DNA of 63,958 nt, the filler included, from Rozella allomycis CSF55 (Eukaryota), in assembly GCA_000442015.1 (NCBI GenBank). It is 16 parts of 16 records of this genome, joined end to end, with 100 filler letters (N's around TTAATTAATTAA, not from the genome) between each part and the next. Parts side by side here need not be neighbours in the genome. Positions count along the whole stretch, not along the records: positions 1 to 4,815 come from KE560932.1; positions 4,916 to 17,042 come from KE560933.1; 14 more parts are not named here. One strand, 5' to 3'. The translations under genes were made by a program, and so were the position numbers. Below are positions 1-11,499 of the stretch, one piece after another; the stretch's first letter is position 1, and every line of letters starts with the position of its first letter. The notes under the pieces were generated by a model. It was not told the origin of the DNA. It searched no databases and was given only the letters and a program-made list of their open reading frames with translations.

Positions 1-201
1 ATCTGAATCTGATCTAAACGTAAAACAAGTTGTGTGCGATTAACTCTCTTTCCCTCCCCTTCCTCATCATCACTCACACGCCAATACAAACACTCTTCCA
101 ACCCCTTCATCTTATTCTCATAAATTGGTTTCAAACCACACTCTTCTATAAGCTTATTAAATTTATGTATTATNTTCATCAAAACGTTCAACATAGTAAT
201 G

Positions 202-386
202 TGTTGAAAATAGCGCTTCACATCTTACTGACAAGAGTATAACTAAGCCTCAAGGTGTTCAAGAACAAATTCAACATCATAAGAGAAACACGGGGTGAAC
301 TTGGAATTATCGGATTCCGCCTTTTACTAAATAAATTTTTCACCCTGGTTCAAATTTACCGGGTTTTCTATCCTCTACTTTTAACA
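202..386 (+). repeat. 5' LTR of copia element (TGTT...AACA; right end abuts an N gap)
   Basis: The first 37 nt match 4779-4815 with one mismatch; the segment ends in TTAACA. Confidence 0.8.
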
Positions 387-437
387 NNNNNNNNNNNNNN
401 NNNNNNNNNNNNNNNNNNNNNNNNNNNNNNNNNAACA

Positions 438-450
438 GTTATGAGCCCAG
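438..450 (+). promoter_or_regulatory. Primer binding site complementary to the anticodon arm of initiator tRNA-Met (half-tRNA priming)
   Basis: GTTATGAGCCCAG directly follows LTR-end AACA and resembles the Drosophila copia PBS GGTTATGGGCCCAG. It contains the probable gag ATG at 441. Confidence 0.75.
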
Positions 451-3400
451 AAGCCGAAAAGAATAAGCTGAAGGTACTTAACAGTCCAGCGGATTACACA
501 ATCTGGAGTATAGACATGAGAGCTCTCCTTACAGAGAAACGACTCCAGAACACCATCACGAGCAAACTCACACCTGAGCAGATGACAGAGGAAGAACAAC
601 AAAACACGGCCATAGCGTACAGCAAAATCGTCCGCACAGTATCACCACACTACAAGTTGAAGATAGCATCGTGCGAGACTGCAAAGGAAGCTTGGGACCT
701 ACTTAAGAAAGAATGCGCATATGACGCGAAGTTAGACCAACTCAACGCCAAAGACAAACTTATGAAACTAAAGAAACAAGGTAATCAAACCATGACAGAG
801 CATATACTGAATTTTGAAAGTGCTCTATACAATTTAAGAAACACTGGAAAGGAACTCCCACAAGATGAACTTATTGATATTTTTATTGCCTCTCTACCAA
901 AGAGTAAAAGAGAAGATGCATATGATCGAGTTGAAAGAATGAATCCACCAACTAAGACAATTGAAACATTCTTACAAATTATGAAACAAAGAGCAAGACA
1001 TTACGAAGATAATGAAAGCGATGAAGAAATAGAAACTACTTATAAACACCCACGAAACGCTGAGTTACACACATCTAAGCCGTTCAACAAACAGCGAAAT
1101 TTTAACAATATTCAGAACCGAAGATATGAATTTCCTTGTAGACTTTGCGACGTTTGTGAAAGATGGCACCATGGACGATGTAACCTCAAACAACAAAGAT
1201 CCCAAACGAACAAAGATGACGCAATGCTAATTGAAAAATTCTCCTCAATATCTTTAGTCGCACAAGAAACAGCATTGGAAGCAGAATTGAATGATACAAG
1301 TGAATGGATAATTGATTCCGGTGCGACATCGCACATGACAAACTCTTTACACGGTATGACAAATTTTATTAGAACGCATGGTGAAACTATTAAGGCTGCA
1401 GGAAATCAAGTTATTGAAGTAGAGGGACACGGAACAAAAACATTTAAAGTGAGGCAGAAGAATGGTGAATTGACAACAGTATCACTTAACAACGTTCTAT
1501 ATTTACTAAAGTTGAGAAAAAATCTAATTGCAGTTGCCGCCTGTACTCAGCAGAAATGAATAACTGTTGAATTTAGCAAGAAAGTAGCAACAATTAAACT
1601 GAATGGTAAGCCACTGATCAGAGGAATAGTTCACCGGAATCTGTACTGTGTGACATCAAGCAACGTTATTGAGAAACCAAATCAAGGAGCAGAGACATTC
1701 TTAGCATCTGCGAGTAATACGTTAGAAGACTGGCATAAAATATTGGGACATTTTAATGAAAACAGCATAAAGAAAATGGCATCAAAGAATTTGGTTACTG
1801 GANCGAGACATTCTTAGCATCTGCAAGTAATACGTTAGAAGACTGGCATAAAATATTGGGACATGTTAATGAAAACAGCATAAAGAAAATGGCATCAAAG
1901 AATTTGGTTACTGGAATGGAGATCGTAAACATAAAGAAACAACTTGAACATTGTGAGACCTGTCATGCGAATAAAGCCAAGAGGGTTAGTTTTACTGGAA
2001 CATTACCTAGGTACAGTCATCCACTTGAAGAAATATCGGTTGACCTTATTGGACCATTGGAAGTTGAATCATTTAAGGGTCACAAGTATATCTTAAACAT
2101 TGTTGATAGTGCGTCTCGATTTGGATCCGCGATACCTTTAATTAAGAAAGGTGACGCATTTGAACAGTTGAAGATAATTGTTAATGGATTTGAGAATCAT
2201 ACTTGTAGATCTGTCAAACGCATACGTTGTGACAATGGGAAAGAGTTTATAAACAAGGAAATGACCAAGTGGAAAGAGATGAAAGGGATTGAAATTCAAC
2301 TGACCACACCATACACTTCTGAAATGAACCCAATTGTTGAAAGACGAAATCAGACATTAATGACCATGACACGATGCCTCCTTCATGATTCAAGCCTTTC
2401 TAAAGCATGTTGGTCGGAAGCAGTGCAGTATGCTAATTATATTATTAATCGAACACCAAATTCATTTTTAGAAACTATGACACCATATGAAGCGTTTCAT
2501 GGAAGTAAACCTGACCTTAAACACTTGAAACAATTTGGAAGCAAAGCATATATTACTTTAGGAGACAAGTCACAATGTGGAAAACTTGGAGAGAGAAGCA
2601 TAGAAGGAATATTTGTTAATCATTGCACGAATCCAAGACAATATACTTTCGTTATCCCACACTTAAACAATAAGATTATTCAAAGTGTTCATGCTAGGTT
2701 TGTAAAATCAAATGCTAAAGAATATAATTCAAAATTAACATCTGTTGAAAACACCAAACCTGATCTTGAAGTCTCTTCTGATAATTCAACTGAAATGACT
2801 GACGAAGATCATATTGAAGATTGGACTGACAATGAAAAGACGCCTAGTATTGATGCAATGGATTTAATTACAAATCATTCTCCTTCGAATTCTGACTCCG
2901 AATCTGAATCCACAATGCAGAAAAGAAAACCGCATTTTGAATATCAGGCCATCACTGCACCAGCACCGAAATCATTTGATTATGAAGTAGAGTTATTGCG
3001 CAAAAGAAAAGCAAGCTTATCCGAAGATAGCATGAATGCAAGAAAGTCAGCGAGATTATCAATGCGTAATGAATGTAATGTTGTCGAAATAATTGACTCA
3101 CGTAAAATGAACAGTGTTGATAATGCCATACATGAAGCTCTAATTGCCATTGAAGATGACCCACAAACATTCCAGCAAGCTATTAACTCTGAATTGTCTG
3201 AAGAATGGATGAAGGCCATGCGAAACGAGTATCAATCATTATTGGAAAACGGAACTTGGGATTTAGTTGAGTTACCTGTTGGACGCAAGGCAATTGGTTC
3301 AAAATGGGTTTATAAAACCAAATACAATGAAAAAGGCGAAATTGAGATGTACAAAGCTAGACTAGTTGCACAGTGATTTAAACAAATTAAGGGAGTTGAG

Positions 3401-4778
3401 TATGAAGAAACCTTTTCCCCTGTTGCTAAACTTAATTCAATCCGAATTATACTGGCTATCGCATCTATGCATTGTTTGATTGTTCACCAACTCGATGTAC
3501 TTACAGCATATTTGAATTCTGAAATGTCACATGAAGTGTATATGAAACAACCGTTGGTTTTTGTGAGGATGGAAAGGCGCATCTTGTTTGTAAATGGAAG
3601 AAAGGACTATACGGACTTAAACAAGGAGGCTATGAATGGAACAACACAATCGATAATAGTTTGAAAAGCATTGGATATATAAAATGCGAAAAGGATTGGG
3701 GTATTTATTCTAAAGTTATAAATGGAAACTATATTTTACTTGCATTATATGTTGATAACATCTTATTGGCAGCACCAAGCCTGACAATAATTAAAAAGGA
3801 GAAAACGTTGTTAAAGGACCTGTATAAAATGAAGGACATGGGAGAAGCAAAATGGATTCTTGGAATGGAAATTACCAGGAATGAAAATGGAACCTACAAT
3901 CTAAGTCAAATTAATTATATTGAAAGAATACTAAAGAAGTTTAACATGAATGAAGCAAACAGTACGGTCTTACCAATGGAAGCTAACAAGCAATATTCGA
4001 AAAGCATGTGCCCTACCACTCCTGCTGATATTGAAGACATGAAAGTTATTCCTTACCGCTCTGCAATCGGAAGTCTCCTATATGCATCATGCGGCACACG
4101 ACCTGATATTACGTATGCCGTCAACATAGCAAGCAAATATTTGAGCAATCCAGGAAAGGAACATTGGCTTCTCGCAAAGCGAATCATGAGATACCTAATT
4201 GGAACTAAAGATTATGGATTAGTATTTCAAGGAAGTCAAAATAAATCATTTATTGTTCAAGGTTATGTTGATTCAGATTGGGGAAGTGATATTGATACAA
4301 GAAGATCAGTTTCAGGATATGCATTTATGTTAAACCATGATCTAATTACTTGGAAGAGTACTAGACAACAAACAGTAGCTACATCAACGACTGAAGCTGA
4401 ATACTTAGCTTTAGGCTTGGCTACACAAGAAGCCATGTGGATCAAAGAGTTATTAACTGAAATAAGCCCTAATATTATTGATAATGAGCCTATCGTACTT
4501 CATGAAGACAACAACGGATGCATAGACCTAACTAAGAAGACAACACAGCACGGGAAGACCAAACATATCTCTATCAAGCATCACTTCGTTAGGGAACAAG
4601 TCAAGCAAGGAATTATAAAGCTGGAACGCTGTAGCACTCAGGATATGCTTGCTGATATTTTTACAAAGGCACTTGCTAAGCCGGCTTTTGAAAAATTAAG
4701 AGAGAGACTTAGAGTGAAGAGAATATATCTAAAGAATAATTTCCAGGAAGGTGTTACCACATTTGAAGCGAGGGGGGC
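441..4778 (+). pseudogene. copia gag-pol polyprotein, disrupted
   Basis: In-frame TGA at 1557-1559 and 3374-3376, a frameshift near 3550-3570, and RT motif YVDD changed to YVDN. A single-N duplicate join lies at 1803. Confidence 0.9.
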
Positions 4779-4815
4779 TGTTGAAAATAGCGCTTCACAT
4801 CTTACTGACAAGGGT
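4779..4815 (+). repeat. Start of 3' LTR (truncated by contig end)
   Basis: Matches 202-238 and is preceded by the PPT at 4765-4778. Confidence 0.9.
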
Positions 4816-4915
4816 NNNNNNNNNNNNNNNNNNNNNNNNNNNNNNNNNNNNNNNNNNNNTTAATTAATTAANNNNNNNNNNNNNNNNNNNNNNNNNNNNN
4901 NNNNNNNNNNNNNNN
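4816..4915. other. Artificial contig spacer N44-TTAATTAATTAA-N44 (recurs at 17043, 22709, 26170, 34706, 39853, 40999, 44157, 45343, 47814, 49459, 51416, 56222, 57678, 62370)
   Basis: The same six-frame-stop 12-mer is centred in each 100-bp N run, and unrelated sequence lies on either side. Confidence 0.98.
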
Positions 4916-5141
4916 TTCGGAATCGGGGTTTTTTAAGAATAAAGCGTGCTTTAAGGTTTTACCTAAATTCATCAAATATAGATCGACAGTTTCATCATCA
5001 GAAAAATTGCTACTGCTATCACTTGGGATTTCACACTCATTGTAATCGGATTCGTAGCCTAACATGTATGTTTATATTTTGATATAGAAAATAAAATAAA
5101 ATTCAATTTATATACCTGCCATTTACAATTCAATTTATTAA

Positions 5142-6427
5142 TCAATCCTTCTTCAAGAAAAGCAAATAGTCTTCAAAAGATTTCCCATAACAATCAGCCA
5201 GATGTTCGGTGGTGAGTACAATGCAATTCTCTGGTAGACTTTCTTGGTTAAAGGTTTTTGCCACTTTTCTCTTTAGCACGACGACCAAGAAGACTAAATT
5301 TTTACTTACGCCTACCAATAAAATGATGGTATGTATTTCATTACCGTTGTATTGCTCAAGAGTGAGATTCATTTTCTCTCGAATTTCCTTGATAGCTTCA
5401 ACAGTAGAGGCATCTTCAGTACCGAACCTGGTTTCAATATTCCATGCCACGTCACGATAGTCATTAAAGAAGCCGGCTGTTGGATAACAAGCGAGATCAA
5501 ATCCCTTATTGGATCCTCCAAAGTGATAGATGACGTTAGGCTTTAACTGAGATTGGTCCATGTCCTTGTATTGTTTCTTGGTGAGTTCGAACATGAAGTG
5601 GGCTCCAGGTACAACGAACGTGAAGTCTTGAAACGCTGTTTTTGAATCAAATGATGGATAAATTGATGTCAAACACAAATTGAAGCTCTCGCCCGGCTGC
5701 TTAGACTGATACAGCAAGCGAATCAGAGTTTCCCACAGACCATGAGCGATCTGGAACGGGGTACCACAAAGATCGTCTTCCGTTCTTGTCAAGAGTCCAG
5801 TCAATTGATAAAGAGTACAGCCAATTTGATATAACAAGGATCTCTTGTCCTCTAAAAATAAGCTGGATGCAAATACTGCTAATGCGAATGGAGAAACAAC
5901 AGGAACAAACTTCTTTTGTCTAATTTCTTCCCTAGTAAAAGAATTCAAGTAGAATCCACATTCAACTAATTTCTCATTGGTCATGCCATGAACTAAATCT
6001 CTCATTCCAACCTTCAAACGTAGAATAGCAGGTCTAACATGATCCAATGTCAAGTCCGAATATGCAATGTTGAAATCCTCCATGCCTTGTGAAACCGTAT
6101 CAAAGAGTTTTTGATAATTCCAAAGGAATATCTTCTTTGAGTTCTTCTGAAGAACCCCCTTCAATACTTCCAGACACCGGGGACTGCCACCAAGGACAAC
6201 TATCAGACGCTTGATGTAATCAAACTGGGTAAATTCTTGAAAGAGCCCAAGAGAGCTTTCTACGCTCAATCGATTCAAAGGCACAAATCGAATTCCTCGA
6301 TTGGACTGAGTGGCTGCGACCGTGATACCTGACACTTCTAGTGACGAAATAATCACGTGAGACCGCCCAAAGCCGATTAGAGACCTGCATGAGACGGTTT
6401 TTCTCAGCAAGTACTCGTTCTCACGAG
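5142..6427 (-). CDS. Crinkler/RHS-type effector, C-terminal part: end of NTPase plus restriction-endonuclease-fold domain (5' partial)
   Basis: LGGSPRCLE (GGxPR motif of CR-NTPases), then SNKGFD...WNIETRF (PD-(D/E)xK-like). A probable short in-frame intron lies near 5310-5345. Confidence 0.7.
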
Positions 6428-6967
6428 NAAAGGTTTAAACTGTCAAAACATTAAATATGCTGATAAACTATTTTCTGTTGATTCGTTACATTCTTGAGAA
6501 ATTTGAAAAGTGGGACTTTAAAATTGAGACATAACATGAATGGTGAGTGAAAACTGAATGTTTGAATACTAAGCTAGCTTGATTTTCCTTTAAAGAATCG
6601 TTTGACTTTAAAATAATAGATATTTACCTATGAGAGGAATAAAATGATAAAAAAGAAATAATTTATTTCTCAATTCTACATTTCATTTTGTCGAAATGGG
6701 CACCTTAGTCGTGGATTTTTATGAATGGAAAATATAAAGGCCATTGACGATAGAATTAATGAAAACATGGATGCGAACACACAAATCAGCATTAGCACAT
6801 ATTCACCCTTATCAATTAGGTAGAGACCTGCATGAGACGGTTTTTCTCAGCAAGTACTCGTTCTCACGAGAGATGAGACAAAACAAACACGATTCCCACA
6901 TACCATCCACTCTTTGTGAATGAGACCGAGTACTCGCCACCCCTTCACACCCTTGCCAATCCCGAAN

Positions 6968-7405
6968 ATCTCATTCTCATTCTCATTACTCACTGGCGTT
7001 TCCAAAACCATCGGAATCCCTTTAAATCTTTCATCATTCATTATAAACTTAAAACATTCCAAACCAATCAGTCCTTTACCCAAAAATTCATGCCTATCCT
7101 TACCACTTCCCAGTTCTGATTTGCTATCATTTAAATGCATCGCCTTTAAATATTTCAACCCAACAATAGAATCAAAATTTTTCATCACTTTGTCAAAAGA
7201 TTCACTAGTGCGAACGTCATATCCCGCTGCAAACATGTGGCAAGTGTCCAGACAAACTCCTATTCTGTCCTTGTTCTCAACCAACTCTATGATATCTTTC
7301 AATTCTTCAAATTTGCTTCCAACTACATTTCCCTGTCCAGCCATATTTTCGACAAGTATTACAACAGACTCGGTCTCCTGGTGTGCTCTGTTAATACAAT
7401 CCGCT
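6968..7405 (-). CDS. APN1: AP endonuclease IV family, internal/C-terminal fragment bounded by single-N joins
   Basis: [32 protein letters not shown] and LETP zinc-binding motifs. Confidence 0.93.
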
Positions 7406-7406
7406 N

Positions 7407-7954
7407 AGCGGCATTCCCAAAAGTCATGAGAGCAATCATGCATGAAATTAATTCATTTTATGATTCTTGTGATTTCGGTGCCTGCTACACTACGGACAAG
7501 TGGACGTGCAAATTCACGCAGGACCGGTTTGTTGCGGTGACAGCCCATTATATTCTTAACTGGGTTTCGCATTCACGATTAATTTCGATGAAGCAATACA
7601 CTGCAGCGAACGCGACAGCAATCGATCAAGAAAATCACTTACGTAAAATTTTCAGTGAATTGAATTTGGAGGATGGGTTTAAAAAACCTTTGTCACTGAT
7701 TCTGAAGCTTCCTAATTGGCTGCTGTTCGCCGTATAGATTCCAGTTTTCCATGTTGGCTATCAAGAANAGGTTTTAAAAAGTACAGCCAAGAATTAATAA
7801 ACATCGGCGCTAAATATGGGAAGATCGACTTTGAGGACGTCACATGTGATCCCACCACTTTGTCACGTAATGTTAAGGCGGCGTTTCCAAACGTCATGAG
7901 GGCGATCATGCATGAAATTAATTCATTTTATGATTCTTGTGATTTCGGTGCCTG
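7407..7954 (+). mobile_element. hAT (Hermes/hobo-like) transposase fragments, two overlapping copies
   Basis: TTDKWT, FVAVTAHYI, DPTTLSRN; nearly identical to the copy starting at 10490. Confidence 0.85.
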
Positions 7955-7955
7955 N

Positions 7956-9765
7956 GATCTTTTCATCTTCTTCGTTTTGCTCAACAGGCCCCCACGCTCT
8001 ATTCCTTATCTTCTTATGCTTGGATTGAAACGGCAACTCAAATCTATGCACTTTATCCTCTATATGGAATATATAATCACTCGTCCCCTCTGGCTCCCTC
8101 AACAACACCCCAATACTCCCCACAAACCATCCCTTTTGGCTCACATTCGTATTCATCTGCTCAATCTTCATCTCCACAGCATTCTTTCTCTTATTATACA
8201 AAAACGAACAACTCATCCGAGGACATCCTGCCTTGAACACCCATTGCTCAAAAAATCTATTCAAATTACACGAACTCGTCTTTTCTACAATCTCTATAAA
8301 CTTTTCAGTTGACACTCTTCTTTCTCCATTCGATATCATCCTCTGCAATATCTTATTCTAAAATTAGATTAAATGTTACCTTTGACATGCCCTTCTTGTC
8401 CACCGACTGTTTAAGCAACTTTCTATTCAACACATACAACACAATATATGATTTCAATTCAACAAACTCACTCTCCAATTCTTCCAACGTATTAAACTCT
8501 TCATTATACAACGGCGGCTGATTAGTATCCTGGTTAATAACCTTTACTCATCACCCAACCAATTTACCTTTTCCATATCCATCTTCAACTCAAGTCTAAA
8601 CTCATTATCCCCCAAAATCAATCTATACGCAAACATTGACAGAAATCTCGCTATCCCATTAATCAACCACAAATCAACCCACTCTTCGGCATACAAATAA
8701 ACCCCAAAATACTGCTGCGCTACAGCCTCGCTTATTATTCTTCTCAACAAATAAGCATCATCAATAATCTTCTCATCATGCAACAAATGCACATTCAAAT
8801 ACACTATCCCTGCCCCACTCAATATCCTTCGCGGCAATCCATCCACACACACAACTTTCAAATTCTTAAAAGGTAATTTCGCACACAATAATTTCACAGT
8901 AAAAAACTCCACAATCTTTGAAAACGGCTCCATTGAATAGTTCATCTGGCCAGCCCGCTTCCCATTCACAAATCCATACACTTCCTTGCTAAACACATTC
9001 ACCTCGTATATCCCATAACTCCACAACACATGCACTGGCAAACAACTATCCACCTCATAATGCTCAATCCTCTCTCCTTGCTCAATATACTATCTCTTTC
9101 AAAATACATCCTTACATGCTCTACCCACTCCCCACTAGCTATCACACGGGCTTCAGTGTTTCCATACACAAAATACAAACTAAACGAACAACTCACATTC
9201 TCAATACACGGCATCCAATATCTTGCTCTATTCATGCCAGGGTACACATAACACCCTTCATTCACTACATCCTTTATTATCACTCTAGAAGCATCTCTCA
9301 AACTATACTCTATAACCACCTCTACTTCTCTTTGATTATCACTCTCATTGTCAACCGCATTTTCATTCACGTTATTCATATTCACTTCATCAATCTCCAT
9401 ACCATCTCCTCTTCCATCCTCACTCTCCCCATTCCTCTCCTCTCCATTCCCACCCACATCCTCACCAACAACAATCCTCATCTCATACTCATCACTAAAC
9501 ACCCTCTTCCTATTCTCAACAGGATCCTCCCCAAACTCAACCTCCCTCAACTCATACTCTACACTCTTCCCTCCAATCCTCACACTATGCACATCTACAA
9601 TACAGCAAGCATAACCCCTTACCTATCTAATACCTCCAACCATCTCGTACCTTGGTTTTGACAGTTTATACTCAACACTCCAGAACAAACACCACGGAAT
9701 CGTAAAATACAAACGCCAGTTTGATTGTCAATGTGGAAATACACGGTTTGGTGGATTAACTGCAT
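7956..9765 (-). CDS. TAF2: TFIID subunit 2, N-terminal aminopeptidase-like region, multi-exon, 3' partial
   Basis: MQLIHQTV start, ARYWMPC, AQQYFGVY..WVDLWLINGIA, ILGDNEFR, STEKF..NLNRFFEQWVFKAGCP..YNKRKNAVEMKIEQ. Confidence 0.9.
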
Positions 9766-9867
9766 TTCCCCTTTTTGACTTGGAAATTTCACAATTTGTC
9801 TTTATGGTTTTAGGCAGGTCGTGATTTGATTTGCAAGAAAAAAATATAACGAAAAAAATAGTTATGG

Positions 9868-10277
9868 TTTTGTTTACTGTTCTAATCCCATAATAAAGCA
9901 AATTTATCAAAGATGATCTTTATGTAAACAAACAAGCAAGCAAGTTGAGCACAGAACGCATTGGAACCCCCGGGGTAGTAAATTTACTTTGTAATTGCCA
10001 AAAATCGCCTAAAAAAATCATACCGATCTTTTTATCTTATTAGTTATTACTCTCTAATAGTTATATTTTTGTTTACTGACTACTGTCCCAATCCCATAAG
10101 AAAGCAAATTTATCAAAGATGGTCTTTATGTAAACAAACATTCTAATTATTTGGATTGCTATGTTTTTCAGAACATCTTCGTATTTGAAATATAAGCGGC
10201 TTTTCTATATTTTTGTTTACTGTCCCAATCCCATAAGAAAGCAAATTTATCAAAGTTAATCTTTATGGAAACAAACA
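9868..10277. repeat. Three dispersed copies of a ~65-70 bp unit
   Basis: TGTTTACTG..AATCCCATAA.AAAGCAAATTTATCAAAG...TCTTTATG.AAACAAACA at about 9868, 10068 and 10211. Confidence 0.9.
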
Positions 10278-10489
10278 CATGCAACTTAATTGTTGTAATG
10301 GCTAGAGCGCCAAGATATCTGGTATCTCATATCGACACAAACTATTCCAAATATATTTTTGGAAAAGTACATTGTTGACGCTATTAACTGATTTTCGACG
10401 TGAATCAATTCATGTTGAAGTCTTTTATTGTATGGCTATTTTTTTAATAAGTTAAAGAATTTATTTATAATAATCTTTCAAATCAACCN

Positions 10490-11470
10490 ATGCTTGCTAC
10501 ACTACGGACAAGTGGACGTGCAAATTCACGCTGGACCGGTTTGTTGCAGTGGCAGCCCATTATATTCTGAACTGGGTTTTGCATTCACGATTAATTTCGA
10601 TGAAGCAATACACTGCAGCAAACGCGACAGCAATCGATCAAGAAAATCACCTACTTGAAATTTTCAGTGAATTGAATTTAGAGGATGGGTTTAAAAAAAC
10701 CTTTGTCACTGATTCGGACGCTTCACAATTGGCTGCTGTTCGCCGCATAGATTTCAGTTTTCCATGTTGGGCCCATAGATTAAATACTTTACTTGAGAAG
10801 GCTTTAAATCACCGTCAACTTCCAAATACAATTACAATAAGCATAAACGCCATTAAAAAGATTGTTACCTTCTTTAAACAATCGTTTCTGATGAACCAAT
10901 TAGCGTTGACATTGAAGCAACATGTTGTTACAAGATGGAATTCAATATTTACTATGTTAAAAAGTTTTGAATGAATGAAACATGAGGTTTACGATGTGCT
11001 TTTAAAATTAGATGATGATAAAGATGAGATTTGGTTGCTACAATATGAACAAATTGATTTTATAGTCATACAATTACTTATAAAGGTCTTGGGAGAATTT
11101 AAGGTATGGAATTTCTACCTTTGCGTTCGGGTGTTTTGTGGTTAAACATTTTCAAGATAATTGTGAAATAACGGAAAATGATCATTTACATATAAGGAGT
11201 TTCAAAAATATTGTAAAAAGTCATGTTAAAGTTACTTTGGAACACAAAATGGCATCAGTGTTTTTACCTATTGGAAAAAAAAATGTACCATTTAAATGAA
11301 GAAGAGAAATTGGCTGTTGAAGATGCTATTTTATTGATGATGGGAACAATAAGAGCTATTAATGACGATTTTAATATAGACGAGCGCCAAAATCCACAAA
11401 TACACTCAGAATCATCAAGATTAGAAAATATTTTCTATTTAAAAAAAATTCAAGATACAATGCTGTGGCT
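10490..11470 (+). mobile_element. hAT transposase, decayed
   Basis: TTDKWT, FVTDSDAS, PCWAHRLN (CxxH) and VVTRWNS motifs, followed by stops and frameshifts. Confidence 0.9.
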
Positions 11471-11499
11471 GATGAAGAATGTATATGCGTGGCCAGGTC

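Larger units (their letters stand above)
202..4815 (+). mobile_element. Ty1/copia LTR retrotransposon, near full length, decayed
   Basis: 5' LTR starts TGTTGAAAATAGCGC at 202 and the same sequence restarts at 4779 after polypurine tract GAAGCGAGGGGGGC. Domain order is gag, PR (WIIDSGATSHM), IN (WHKILGH..C..C, VDLIGP, RCDNGKEF, ERRN), RT (YKARLVAQ, LYVDN), RNase H (YVDSDWG, TEAEY, EDNNG, ADIFTK). Confidence 0.97.

Noticed and set aside
4860-4871. Recurrent TTAATTAATTAA palindrome as a biological repeat or CRISPR-like array
   Set aside because: It is always centred in a 100-bp N spacer; this is a six-frame-stop linker added during contig concatenation.
6847-8348. APN1-hAT-TAF2 or CRN-APN1 fusion proteins suggested by ORFs containing X
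   Set aside because: These ORFs read through single-N assembly joins (6967, 7406, 7768, 7955) between unrelated fragments.
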